A program made the translations under genes and the position numbers. From positions 32,001 through 96,000 of the forward strand of contig JAYZAL010000047.1 in the NCBI GenBank assembly GCA_036339735.1: a DNA stretch of 64,000 nt, given 5' to 3'. The notes under the pieces are model-generated. The model was given only the letters and a program-made list of their open reading frames with translations. It was not told where the DNA came from and ran no database searches. Positions 9,496 to 19,424 of this stretch are shown piece by piece. How positions within the stretch are numbered: position 1 is the stretch's first letter; the number at the start of each line of letters is the position of its first letter. The DNA comes from Candidatus Poribacteria bacterium. GTDB lineage: Bacteria; Poribacteria; WGA-4E; UBA9662.

Positions 9496-10521
9496 ATGGG
9501 AAAAAGCTTGATTGTCGTGCATTCTCGGTTTGATCTAGTTTGGCCTTTTGCCGCTGATCACTTGCATACGCTGTGGGAAGCCGATGGAGATGTTGAATTT
9601 CACCGATTGGAGAATACAAATGATCAATTGCTGGGCCAAATTGCTAATGATACCGACAACATTGTTCGTCTGGCTACGTTGGGGGTCGGTGTTACGAAGG
9701 ATTGTCTGCAAAAATTCTCGGTTTTGAAAGAAGCAACCTTTCAAGGTAGTTACGGTCGTAATCTGTCTGAAGAAACCAATCAATATTTGAAAGAACGTGA
9801 AATCCTGACTTATGATCATCCTAGTGAAGGCTTTTGGGGGCAAACAGTTTCTGAATACGGTCTGGCACTGACTTTGTCGGGTTTACGCCGAATCCCACAA
9901 CTTCATCGTGAAATTTTGACCTCCTTGGAACCATGGGACTACAGTCCGCCAGACGGCATTGGTCGCCCTGGGGCTCGAGGTCATCAGTTTGGAGACAACC
10001 CCAATTTTACCAGTGGAACAATTGCGGGTAAAAAAGTCCGCATCGTTGGCGTGGGTAACATCGCTAGTCGTTACGCCAGTTTTGTCAGTATGTTGGGAGC
10101 TGATGTAGCTGCTTATGACCCTAACGCGAGTGAACCTTGCTTTCATCGGGCTGGTGCTAGAAAAGAATGGCATTTAGATCAACTTGTTAGGGATGCCGAA
10201 ATTTTTGCTCCTATGGTTCCATTGTGGGAATCAACACGAGGTATTGTCACCGCAGACCACATCAATGATCTACCAAAAGGCTGTCTAGTCGTCTTGGTTA
10301 CCAGAGCTGGGATCTGTGATGTTGATGCCATTCGCCGTCGAGTTTTAGCCGATGAAATTAGTTTAGCAGCCGATGTTTGGGATGTCGAACCACTACCGTT
10401 AGATGATCCGCTTCTAGGTCGCCATAATGTAGTACATACACCACACAACGCAGGTAGAACCATAGATGCCAACAAAAGTTGGGCTGAAAAGTTAGCAGTT
10501 CAGTTTCAACCAACGGCCTAA
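9496..10521 (+). CDS. D-isomer-specific 2-hydroxyacid dehydrogenase family
   Basis: IVGVGNIA Rossmann motif, VTRAG, ADVWDVEP, HTPHNAG; RBS GGAAGG before ATG 9496. Confidence 0.88.
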   Translation: MGKSLIVVHSRFDLVWPFAADHLHTLWEADGDVEFHRLENTNDQLLGQIANDTDNIVRLATLGVGVTKDCLQKFSVLKEATFQGSYGRNLSEETNQYLKEREILTYDHPSEGFWGQTVSEYGLALTLSGLRRIPQLHREILTSLEPWDYSPPDGIGRPGARGHQFGDNPNFTSGTIAGKKVRIVGVGNIASRYASFVSMLGADVAAYDPNASEPCFHRAGARKEWHLDQLVRDAEIFAPMVPLWESTRGIVTADHINDLPKGCLVVLVTRAGICDVDAIRRRVLADEISLAADVWDVEPLPLDDPLLGRHNVVHTPHNAGRTIDANKSWAEKLAVQFQPTA

Positions 10522-10525
10522 CGTT

Positions 10526-11335
10526 TTAATCCTGTTGCCAAAGGTAGCGCAAATAATCGGCGGCTTTTCTCATCGAATCTATAGGATCCGATTCTCCTTC
10601 GTAGACAATAGAAACTCCACCGTTATAGTTTAAACCTTTCAGGATTTTGACAATTCTAGCATAATCTAACCACTCTTCAACACCAGAATCGATGTGATAG
10701 AATTTCGCACGAACATATACAGCATAGGGCGCCGTCTTGGCAATACTGTCATAACAGTCAAATTTAGGAGTGGATTGGCCGTGGCTACCACTGGCTCCCG
10801 GTGAGCCTGCATATTGCCCTGTGTCAACAATGTGAGTAAAATAAGGATGATTGGTCTCGTTCAATGCGCGTAGGAGGTTATCTCCAGTTCGGGTCACGTT
10901 GTTGTGGTTGTGGTTTTGTAAACCAACGATGATACCTTTTTGGTAACCGTATTCGGCGACTTCCTTAAAGCCTCGTATCATCGGTGGCCAAAGTTCCTCT
11001 TCGTCGGTGCAATCTTCGGGTACATAAGCAGCGAAAACTCGGACCAATGGACAACTCATGAAACAGGCTATGTCTATCCAATTTTTGATTTTGGCAATCT
11101 GATCCGGGTGCTGATCTATAGGAACACCAAAATTATTGCTAACTCCGATATAACCTAGTGGTAACCCCTTTTTTTGTAAGTCCATTTTCAGTATTCTTAG
11201 ATAGTCAATATTAGTTGATTCAAAAGCGGTGGAATGCAGTTCAATCTGGTCTAGGTTCAGGTCGGAGACAATCTGGGCAAACTCGGTGGCTGTTGTTCCC
11301 CGAACGTTCAGTGACATAGTACCAAGCTTAATCAT
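10526..11335 (-). CDS. Sugar phosphate isomerase/epimerase (xylose isomerase-like TIM barrel)
   Basis: VRVFA, GLQNHNH, VDTG, GGVSIVYEG pattern. Confidence 0.8.
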   Translation of the reverse strand: MIKLGTMSLNVRGTTATEFAQIVSDLNLDQIELHSTAFESTNIDYLRILKMDLQKKGLPLGYIGVSNNFGVPIDQHPDQIAKIKNWIDIACFMSCPLVRVFAAYVPEDCTDEEELWPPMIRGFKEVAEYGYQKGIIVGLQNHNHNNVTRTGDNLLRALNETNHPYFTHIVDTGQYAGSPGASGSHGQSTPKFDCYDSIAKTAPYAVYVRAKFYHIDSGVEEWLDYARIVKILKGLNYNGGVSIVYEGESDPIDSMRKAADYLRYLWQQD

Positions 11336-11481
11336 TATTGGTCCTTTTCGGCGGTGTTGGTAAATCAGTTGCCGAGACTTGGGTCCAGTATATCACAATG
11401 CTAAACTATAACCAAAGTTAGATCTGGTCCTTTACCATTCTAACTTTTCATCTTTACTAAGTTATGATAAAAAGGAGAATT

Positions 11482-12339
11482 ATGAGACTTTTTAGATTTG
11501 GCCCCAGAGGCCAAGAAAAACCAGGTGTCTTAGTTGATGGTCAACACAAGGATTGCTCAGACCACTTTGAAGATTGGAACCATAGCTTTTTTAACAATAA
11601 TGGTTTAAACGAGCTGAGATCGTTAATAGCAGAAAAGAAAGACAATCTACCTGATTCACCCCCAAATGCCCGATTCAGTTCTTGTGTTTCACGCCCTCAC
11701 ATGCTGATGTGTATAGGTTTAAATTACTCAGATCATGCCGCTGAATCAGGCATGGAGCCCCCAGAAGAACCAGTCATATTCCAAAAGAGTACTAGTGCAG
11801 TACAAGGTCCATTCGATGACGTCATCATCCCTAAAAATAGTACGCATACTGATTGGGAGGTCGAGTTGGGTATTGTGATTGGGCAAAATGCATTATATCT
11901 AGAGTCGCCAGAATTGGCGAAAAGCCATATTGCGGGTTATTGTATTTCGCACGATGTGTCCGAACGAGAATTTCAAATTCAACGAAGTGGACAGTGGACC
12001 AAAGGGAAGTCCTGCCCAACATTCAACCCTCTTGGTCCTTACCTTTGTCCTGCAGAAGAAATCGGTGATGTTAATAACCTAGCAATGGAATTAAAAGTCA
12101 ATGGTGCGGTAAAACAATCAGGTAATACAAAAGATATGATTTTTAACGCGCACTTTTTAGTGTATTACCTTTCTCAGTTTATGTTATTGGAAGCTGGTGA
12201 TGTTTTATCCACTGGAACACCAGCTGGAGTTGGTTCCGGTATGAAACCACCACAGTACTTGCAAAATGGTGATGTAGTTGAATTGTCTATCGATAAATTA
12301 GGCAAACAGAAACAAACCTTCGTTGCTTATAAAGATTAG
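11482..12339 (+). CDS. Fumarylacetoacetate hydrolase family protein
   Basis: CIGLNYSDHAAE, DWEVEL, HDVSERE, WTKGKS, GDVLSTGTPAGVG; AAGGAG RBS. Confidence 0.92.
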   Translation: MRLFRFGPRGQEKPGVLVDGQHKDCSDHFEDWNHSFFNNNGLNELRSLIAEKKDNLPDSPPNARFSSCVSRPHMLMCIGLNYSDHAAESGMEPPEEPVIFQKSTSAVQGPFDDVIIPKNSTHTDWEVELGIVIGQNALYLESPELAKSHIAGYCISHDVSEREFQIQRSGQWTKGKSCPTFNPLGPYLCPAEEIGDVNNLAMELKVNGAVKQSGNTKDMIFNAHFLVYYLSQFMLLEAGDVLSTGTPAGVGSGMKPPQYLQNGDVVELSIDKLGKQKQTFVAYKD

Positions 12340-12343
12340 AACC

Positions 12344-13174
12344 GTGATTTTTCATCGATTACTAACTCAACAGTTCTATTTTGTGTGTCTACTTAGCTTG
12401 TTATGGTTATCAAGCCAAGGGTGGGCAAATTCATCATCTGTAGAACAATTAATTAGTCTATCAGATGAAAAATTCAAAACCGATCAACTCTCTGCCTGTC
12501 TGGAATTACTGCAGCAGGCGGAGCAGTTGTTATTGGCTACAGAACAGCCGATAAGCGATCAAGCTGATATCCTGTGGAGAATGTCTCGTGTCTATACCGA
12601 ACAAGGAAATAAAATATACAAATACAAAAAGAAGGATCACAAAAAAAGAGCCCGTAAGCTTTTTGTTAAAGCGGAACAACTTGCCCGACGATCTATCAAA
12701 TTATCTCCTAAAAATAGTCAATGTTATCTTTGTGTTTCCAATGCAGCTGGTAGCCTAACGCAAGTAGTAGGTGTTAGGGAAAAAATAAAATTGTCGGAGA
12801 TTGTTAGAGAATTTGCTGATCGAGCAGTTGAACTAGATCCAAGTAACCATTATGCGCACTATATTTTAGCTCGATGGCACCATGGTATGGCAAATGTTAG
12901 TGGGGTATTATTAGCAATGGTTAAGCTGATCTATGGTAGTTTACCCCCAGCCAGCATGGAAAAATCTATTCATCACTTTCAACAAGCAATTCAAAATGCC
13001 CCCAATAATGTAAGGTATCGTTTAGAATTTAGCCGTATCGCTTTATCAATGCAAGATTGGACACTTGCTCAGTTGCAGTTGGATGTGCTCCAAACATTGA
13101 TTGAGCAGTCAGAAATCTCCCCTAGTCTTGAAGATGAAGTCAAAAAGATCCAAAACAAATTGAACAACAGATGA
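12344..13174 (+). CDS. Secreted TPR-like helical protein (RMD1/RMDN-like)
   Basis: Signal peptide; 'ILWRMSRVY', 'DRAVELDPSNHYAHYILARWH', 'LIYGSLPPAS'; start may be 12323. Confidence 0.65.
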   Translation: MIFHRLLTQQFYFVCLLSLLWLSSQGWANSSSVEQLISLSDEKFKTDQLSACLELLQQAEQLLLATEQPISDQADILWRMSRVYTEQGNKIYKYKKKDHKKRARKLFVKAEQLARRSIKLSPKNSQCYLCVSNAAGSLTQVVGVREKIKLSEIVREFADRAVELDPSNHYAHYILARWHHGMANVSGVLLAMVKLIYGSLPPASMEKSIHHFQQAIQNAPNNVRYRLEFSRIALSMQDWTLAQLQLDVLQTLIEQSEISPSLEDEVKKIQNKLNNR

Positions 13175-14217
13175 AGTGGTTCGCTGTGCCCATCCTTGCT
13201 TACCAAAGATCATTCTTGAGAGATCTGTTCATTATTCTCTTTTTGTTTTTCTTTCAAGCTTGTGTTGGAGATAATCGTCCGGTGGTCAAGATTGGAGTCA
13301 GTGTACCAAACACTAATACAACGACTTATAACTTGATTCGAAAAGCAATTTTTGACCAATTAGTGGAACTCAATTTAACTCCTCAATCGGATCATATAGA
13401 AATAATCTGGAATAGTGTTCAAGATCAAGCTAACGGAAAAAATGCGATTGCAATGGAACTTCAGCAGGTGAAGGCTATGCTAAATCAAGGCATAAAGGTA
13501 TTGGTCTTGAATTCAATTGATTCTCGCTCTGCTTACTCTATACTACGTGAAGCCAAAAGAAAATCTGTTCCGGTCTTGACATTAGATGAACCGATTAGAA
13601 ATGATCAAATCGTCGGTCATTTTTCGATCGACCAAAGTCGCCTTGGAGAAATAGCAGCGGCCTATGTCGTACAAAAGCTCAAGGACGAATTACTTGTGGA
13701 TAAGTCTAATGTTCTAGTCTTAGAAGGGCCATTAGGATCGCCCGTTTTTCGTCAATTGAAAATTGGCATCTATCGGATTTTAGACCAGTACCCAGAAATA
13801 CATATTCTTTCCAAGTACTCAAAAGCTGACAAAAGTTCAGGTCGCCAATTAGCTAGCCAAACTCTGAGAGATTACGCTCAAAATGTACAAGCGATTATCT
13901 GTGTTAACAGCGATCTGGCTGTTGGTGCAGTCGAAGGTGTAAACTTATACGAGATGGCCGAAAAAATCGTTACCATTGGAGTTGGCGCAGAACGTTCAGC
14001 AATCGACCTGATTATTTCAGGCCAACATGATGCCGAGGTCGACCTCCAATCGTATGAACGCGGTCAGATGATTTTGCAATCAGCGATCGACATTTACAAT
14101 GACCAGCCCTTCCAAGCCGATCAAGGAAAAACCCAATTTGCACCCAGCCGTATTATTACAATTTCTAACTATACTATTTTAGAAAAGATTTGGCCGGATC
14201 TTCACTCAAAAAGATAA
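13171..14217 (+). CDS. Sugar ABC transporter substrate-binding lipoprotein (RbsB/XylF-like)
   Basis: Lipobox FQAC, KIGVSVP, VLVLEG, AIICVNSDLAVGAV. Confidence 0.8.
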   Translation: MKWFAVPILAYQRSFLRDLFIILFLFFFQACVGDNRPVVKIGVSVPNTNTTTYNLIRKAIFDQLVELNLTPQSDHIEIIWNSVQDQANGKNAIAMELQQVKAMLNQGIKVLVLNSIDSRSAYSILREAKRKSVPVLTLDEPIRNDQIVGHFSIDQSRLGEIAAAYVVQKLKDELLVDKSNVLVLEGPLGSPVFRQLKIGIYRILDQYPEIHILSKYSKADKSSGRQLASQTLRDYAQNVQAIICVNSDLAVGAVEGVNLYEMAEKIVTIGVGAERSAIDLIISGQHDAEVDLQSYERGQMILQSAIDIYNDQPFQADQGKTQFAPSRIITISNYTILEKIWPDLHSKR

Positions 14218-14723
14218 AAATAGAGCCAAAACAGTTTAGAATTCTGTTAATCTGAAACGAATAAAATGATTGAGAAAAGAAATTAAACGCGAACCGCTTG
14301 ACAAAACGACAAAGTCTTTTAATCAGGGATAGCAGGATAAGTCGTGATTGATAATTGCATTGATATAGATTCCTATCTGAGATCTTTCAACTTAGTTAAA
14401 TTATGAAAATCGGTTTTTGGTAAATTCTACATCTAAAGATTTCATGCCAATTGAGGTTAATTATCTCAATGGAGTAAAAGCCTTCGGTCACTATAGACTT
14501 TGGTCGCTTGCACTCCGGTAAATAACTCGATAACAAAATTGTACCTTTCGTGTTAACATGTAAATAATAAGTTGATTGATTTTACGTGTTCCAACGTAGA
14601 TTGAGTTTTTTGCCCTACAAATTCCCTTTTGAAACTTTTTTTGACCAAAATAATCCAAAGATTTCAGGATGAGAACAAGCCAGCATTTGGGGCACATTAT
14701 GTTCAGCATGATAGGTGGTACTA

Positions 14724-15626
14724 ATGGCGATTGACTTGACTTTTTCTAACGATTTAAATTACTGGGTAGGATCTTTGGTTGGTCTTGCAATTGGCGATCA
14801 ACTCGGATCAACAATTGAAGGGAAAGCCCCAGGAACCTTCCAACCAATTGTCGATATGATGGATGGTAGCTTTTGGACCGATGATACTTCTCAGGCGCTT
14901 TGTTTGGCTGACAGCTTGATATCGATTGGTCGATTAGACGCAATCGATCAACTTGAGCGTTATGCTCGTTGGTTATTCGGAGGCTATTTGAGCAGTCAGG
15001 AATCGGCATATGGTGTTGGCCCGACAGCACGTCAGGCTATCACTAATTTTCGAGATAGTGGCCAACCTCGACCGGTTGTCAATGCCACTAGTAATGGTGC
15101 TTTAATGCGATTAGCACCAGTACCATTGTTTTATGCAAAAGATTTAGAGTTAGCAATTCAAATGTCAGCGGATAGCGCGGCCACAACTCATGGTAGCTCA
15201 GTTTGCATTGATGCTTGTCGACTCTATTCTAGCCTGATTGTCAAAGCTCTAGGGCAAGCTAGTAAAACGGAAATCCTGAACTATCATGCCCTTTTATGGC
15301 AAAATCGATCTTTGGATCCCCAAGTTGAGCAAGTCGCACGTGGTTCTTACCAACAAAAGAAACCACCTGAAATAAAAGGCACCATTCACATTGTTGAAGT
15401 AATGGAGGCTGCTCTATGGTCTTTTAGTCAGACTTCATCTTTTTCCGAAGGTGTCCTACTAGCAGTCAATTTGGGTAATGATGCTGATACTACAGGTGCA
15501 ATTTTTGGCCAACTAGCGGGTGCTTATTATGGCTACAGTGAAATCCCTGACCATTGGAAATCACAGCTAGTTAATCGGGCATTAATTGAATATCTAGCCC
15601 TCAAACTTTTTGAAGGCCGCCCATAA
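14724..15626 (+). CDS. ADP-ribosylglycohydrolase (DraG/ARH family)
   Basis: GLAIGDQLG, WTDDT, SNGALMRLAP, TTH, NLGNDADTTGAI; RBS AGGTGG. Confidence 0.9.
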   Translation: MAIDLTFSNDLNYWVGSLVGLAIGDQLGSTIEGKAPGTFQPIVDMMDGSFWTDDTSQALCLADSLISIGRLDAIDQLERYARWLFGGYLSSQESAYGVGPTARQAITNFRDSGQPRPVVNATSNGALMRLAPVPLFYAKDLELAIQMSADSAATTHGSSVCIDACRLYSSLIVKALGQASKTEILNYHALLWQNRSLDPQVEQVARGSYQQKKPPEIKGTIHIVEVMEAALWSFSQTSSFSEGVLLAVNLGNDADTTGAIFGQLAGAYYGYSEIPDHWKSQLVNRALIEYLALKLFEGRP

Positions 15627-15661
15627 TCTATCTTATTAAATAAAGGAAATAATATAACTAA

Positions 15662-16573
15662 ATGTCAGCCGATTCTTGGAATTTTTTAAATGTGGCTGGG
15701 CCTTTTGATTTTACCGAAGGTCCAGTCTGGACAGGTGAGGTTGTTTTGTTTACTGATATACCAAACAACAGAATTATGCGTTACAATCCTTCAAATGGTG
15801 AAACGGACCTATTTCGTACAGGTACGAACGAGGCCAATGGCTTAATGTACGATTCAGCAGGCCAACTCTACGCGTGTGAGGGTGGCGGTCGTTGTATAGC
15901 TCGTTATAATTCGGATGGATCACGAGATGTGGTTGTCGACAAATTGGATGGTAAGCGTCTCAATAGCCCGAATGACTTAGCTTTCGATAAACAGGGGTGT
16001 ATTTGGTTCACGGATCCTAGATATGGTAACAAGATTGATGATTTAGAACTCAATCATCAGTCGGTCCTGAGAGCCAATTTAGAATCGGATGGTAGTTGGT
16101 CGCTTGAGCAAATGACCACAGATACAACTAAGCCAAACGGAATTCTTATTTCACCTGATCAATCTAGGCTATACTTGGCCGAAAGTAACCATGGTCCCGG
16201 TACTAATGCTGAACTGAGATCGTACCCGATTAATGCAGATGGAACATTGGGGGCTTTTGAGATTTTGCACAACTTTTATCCTCATCGTGGTATTGATGGA
16301 ATGACACTAGACGATCAAGGAAATATTATAGCTACTGCTGGTTGGGAAAACAGTGGGCCAGGATCAATGATTTACGTTTTTAGTCCAAGAGGACGAGTAT
16401 TGGAAACTCATCCCATTCATTTGATACAGCCGGATGGGGATCAATCAGGGAACCTCTTCCCCGGTGGCATTGTTACCAACTGTACATTTGGTGGTACAGA
16501 TTTAAAAACTCTCTATGTGACCGCCGGCGGTTGTCTTTATCGAGCTGAAACAGATCGTCAGGGGCTTCGTTGA
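15662..16573 (+). CDS. SMP-30/gluconolactonase/LRE family protein
   Basis: FTEGPVW, FTDIP, LNSPNDL, FTDPRYG, PNGI, DGM, TNCTFGG. Confidence 0.92.
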   Translation: MSADSWNFLNVAGPFDFTEGPVWTGEVVLFTDIPNNRIMRYNPSNGETDLFRTGTNEANGLMYDSAGQLYACEGGGRCIARYNSDGSRDVVVDKLDGKRLNSPNDLAFDKQGCIWFTDPRYGNKIDDLELNHQSVLRANLESDGSWSLEQMTTDTTKPNGILISPDQSRLYLAESNHGPGTNAELRSYPINADGTLGAFEILHNFYPHRGIDGMTLDDQGNIIATAGWENSGPGSMIYVFSPRGRVLETHPIHLIQPDGDQSGNLFPGGIVTNCTFGGTDLKTLYVTAGGCLYRAETDRQGLR

Positions 16574-16591
16574 TATTTTATCCCTAAGAAC

Positions 16592-16688
16592 AAAAAAAGA
16601 GAGAACACCCGATTTTTGTAGTCACAATAGGCTCACAAGATTTGGCAGAGGTGAGCAGATATTGTGTTAATTAGGGTATTCTCTCTTT
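16592..16688 (-). terminator. Long multi-segment hairpin ending in a U-tract downstream of flagellin
   Basis: Minus strand pairings AAAGAGAGAAUACCC/GGGUGUUCUCUCUUU, CACAAUA/UAUUGUG and GCUCAC/GUGAGC; ends in a run of 7 U. Confidence 0.65.
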
Positions 16689-16827
16689 GTCTTATCGCTT
16701 AAAATTGAAACTTGTATGAATCCGTCGCTATCCCAATTTCTTCCTCTGTAAATTGCATAATTGTTCTTTATACATCTATTCAATTTTCTATCGTCGTCTC
16801 TTCTGATTAAATGAAACAATTTCCTAA

Positions 16828-17943
16828 TTATTGTTGCATTAATTGTAAGACGGTTTGTGAAATCTGGTTGGCTTGTACCATCATTGCTGATCCTGACTGA
16901 ACCAGAATCTGGTACTTAGCTAACTCCATCGCTTCCTTAGCATAATCAACGTCTCTAATAGTCGAAATAGAAGCTTTCAAATTTACAATAGTACTATCCG
17001 CATTAGTGGCAGTGAATTCAAGTCGATTCTGAGTCGCACCTATGAAGCTACGATCATCGTTGATGGCTTCAATTGCAGCATCAAGAGTACTGATTGCTGC
17101 TTGAGCTCCGGCTAAATTATCCAATGATGATTGACTCAACCTCAACCCTTTAGCAGTAGCATCGCCAAGAGTGAAATCCAGATTACTGTCAGCATCATCA
17201 TCCGCACCAATCTGGACTGTACTTCCAGTGGCAGTAACCTCGAATGTCGAATTGGCCACATTATTGAGGTCGAATTCTTCGTCAAAAGCAACCGTTAGAC
17301 CGAGACTGGCGAATTGGTAGGTTTTGATTTCCCCGGCGCTAGCTGGCGTAAAATCGACCACTTCGAACTCACCTGTAGTTTTATTAACTAGTTTTAGGCT
17401 TCCAGGTTTGGATTCAAAACTATAGCTACCGGAACTAACTTTTTGCCCACCATGGCCGGCCGTACTAACTGAATCGATACCAATGCCAGTAACTGTGGAA
17501 ACTGTTGCTTTTTGAGAACCGTCGATTAATTTGATTTGATTATATTCGGTTGATCTGGCGATCCGATCAACCTCAGACTTGAGTTGCTGGTATTCCATAT
17601 CGATAGTTGATCGATCTTTTGTATTCAAATTGTCAGAAGCACTTTGTACGGCTAGTTCTCTCATGCGAGCCAGGATATTATGAATATCGTTTAGTGATCC
17701 TTCTGCAGTTTGTAACATATCAATTGTTCGTTTGGAATTTGTTTGTGCTTTTTGTAAGGAGCGAACTCTGTTACTAAGTCGAGTGGCAATGGCAGCGCCT
17801 TCTGTATCGTCGGAAGCTTTATTAATTCTCAAACCAGTTGATAATCTTTCTATACTTTCTTCTAATTTTGTTTGGGAATGTGCGAATGCACGATACGTTT
17901 TCATCGAACTGATATTGCTATTAACATTGAATCCGGTTGCCAT
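16828..17943 (-). CDS. fliC: Flagellin
   Basis: ERLSTGLRINKASDD, LQTAEGSL, RMRELAVQSA; C-terminal RSFIGATQNRL...STIRDVDYAKE...QANQ. Confidence 0.96.
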   Translation of the reverse strand: MATGFNVNSNISSMKTYRAFAHSQTKLEESIERLSTGLRINKASDDTEGAAIATRLSNRVRSLQKAQTNSKRTIDMLQTAEGSLNDIHNILARMRELAVQSASDNLNTKDRSTIDMEYQQLKSEVDRIARSTEYNQIKLIDGSQKATVSTVTGIGIDSVSTAGHGGQKVSSGSYSFESKPGSLKLVNKTTGEFEVVDFTPASAGEIKTYQFASLGLTVAFDEEFDLNNVANSTFEVTATGSTVQIGADDDADSNLDFTLGDATAKGLRLSQSSLDNLAGAQAAISTLDAAIEAINDDRSFIGATQNRLEFTATNADSTIVNLKASISTIRDVDYAKEAMELAKYQILVQSGSAMMVQANQISQTVLQLMQQ

Positions 17944-17993
17944 TTTCTTTCTCCGACTTTATCGAGTTGGTTACTCACTCAAAACCTGATACC

Positions 17994-18021
17994 TTATCGG
18001 TAGATTAACCGGATATGTTTA
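17994..18021 (-). promoter_or_regulatory. sigma28 (FliA/SigD) promoter of flagellin
   Basis: Minus strand TAAA-N16-ACCGATAA about 50 nt upstream of the ATG (consensus TAAA-N15/16-GCCGATAA). Confidence 0.75.
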
Positions 18022-18200
18022 ATCTTTTTTTCAAAAAAGCTTGCCGTATATTTCCATGCATGAGAAGTTCATGTTCTGTTTACTCAGATTGGTTGGCTTT
18101 TTTATTCAGACTAAAATATAATTTGCCATTTACTGACCAAGGTCTTGGAGGAGTCTTTCCCCAAGAAAATCAAGCCTCTAGCCTAAGAAGTGTGAATAGC

Positions 18201-19379
18201 ATGCGAAGTTATTTAACCCATTTAGAGTGTACTAATTGCCAACAACAATTTTCAGCTCAGGAAATACATACGCTATGTTCTGATTGTGGTAAGGTCCTTT
18301 TTGCTCGTTACGATTTAACTTCTGTAAAGGAAATTTGGAAAAAATCCGACCTACTAGGTCGAAAAAACGATATCTGGCGCTGGTTTGAAATCATGCCAGT
18401 ATTATCGTTGGAGAACGTGATTTCCTTGGGGGAAGGAGCAACACCGTTGTTACATGCTCATTCACTTGGTGAAATACATAATGCAAAACAACTATACATT
18501 AAAGATGAAGGTCTTAATCCGACTGGGAGTTTCAAAGCTCGCGGTTTATCCGCAGCTGTGTCTAAAGCCAAAGAGTTAGGAATTAGTTCAATCGCTATTC
18601 CTTCAGCTGGTAATGCAGCTGCAGCCCTAGCGGCTTATGGTAGTCGCGCAAAAATGGAAATTCATGTTTTCATGCCAAATGACACACCGGCCATGATGAT
18701 GCGGGAAGCTGTCGTGTATGATGCTAATCTACATTTAGTTGATGGTTTAATTAATCAAGCAGGTCAGGAGTTGAAAGCATCAGCTAAAAACTGGTTTGAC
18801 GTTTCTACATTAAAAGAACCGTATCGAGCAGAAGGGAAAAAAACCATGGGGTTGGAATTGGCTGAACAGTTTAACTGGTCACTACCAGAAGCAATTATTT
18901 ATCCAACTGGTGGTGGAACTGGTATTGTTGGTATGTGGAAAGCTTTCGATGAGCTAGAGCAGATTGGTTGGATTGGTAGTGAACGACCACAAATGATTTC
19001 CGTACAGTCAGAAGGTTGTGCACCTATCGTACGAGCATTTGAAAAGGGGGATAGCCATGCTGAATTATGGGAAGACGCAGAAACTATTGCTCCTGGAATG
19101 CGGGTTCCGGTAGCAGTGGCTGATTATCTGATGTTGCAGATCATTCGAGAAAGTAATGGAACCGCATTGACTGTTTCAGACGCTGAAATTCACTCATCTA
19201 TACACCGAATGGCAAGCCAAGAAGGCGTATTCGCCGCTCCAGAAGGTGCCGCGACCTATGCTGCTTATGAAAAATTATTGGCGAATGGGCATTTACAACC
19301 TGAGATGAGTGTAGTTTTATTCAACACAGGCAGCGGTATGAAAACGCCCGATTTGATTACGCTTCCAACAAGAACTTGA
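18201..19379 (+). CDS. thrC: Threonine synthase (PLP fold II, N-terminal Zn-ribbon type)
   Basis: CxxC...CxxC, LGEGATPL, NPTGSFKARG, PSAGNA, EGKKTMG, YPTGGGTG, NTGSG; likely start ATG 18201. Confidence 0.85.
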   Translation: MRSYLTHLECTNCQQQFSAQEIHTLCSDCGKVLFARYDLTSVKEIWKKSDLLGRKNDIWRWFEIMPVLSLENVISLGEGATPLLHAHSLGEIHNAKQLYIKDEGLNPTGSFKARGLSAAVSKAKELGISSIAIPSAGNAAAALAAYGSRAKMEIHVFMPNDTPAMMMREAVVYDANLHLVDGLINQAGQELKASAKNWFDVSTLKEPYRAEGKKTMGLELAEQFNWSLPEAIIYPTGGGTGIVGMWKAFDELEQIGWIGSERPQMISVQSEGCAPIVRAFEKGDSHAELWEDAETIAPGMRVPVAVADYLMLQIIRESNGTALTVSDAEIHSSIHRMASQEGVFAAPEGAATYAAYEKLLANGHLQPEMSVVLFNTGSGMKTPDLITLPTRT

Positions 19380-19424
19380 TAATTTTCAAAATCAGGGCCG
19401 AATTTTTTAACTGAGGAATATCAC

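Noticed and set aside
18015-18200. N-terminal extension of the threonine synthase ORF
   Set aside because: Overlaps the flagellin promoter region; family similarity begins at ATG 18201
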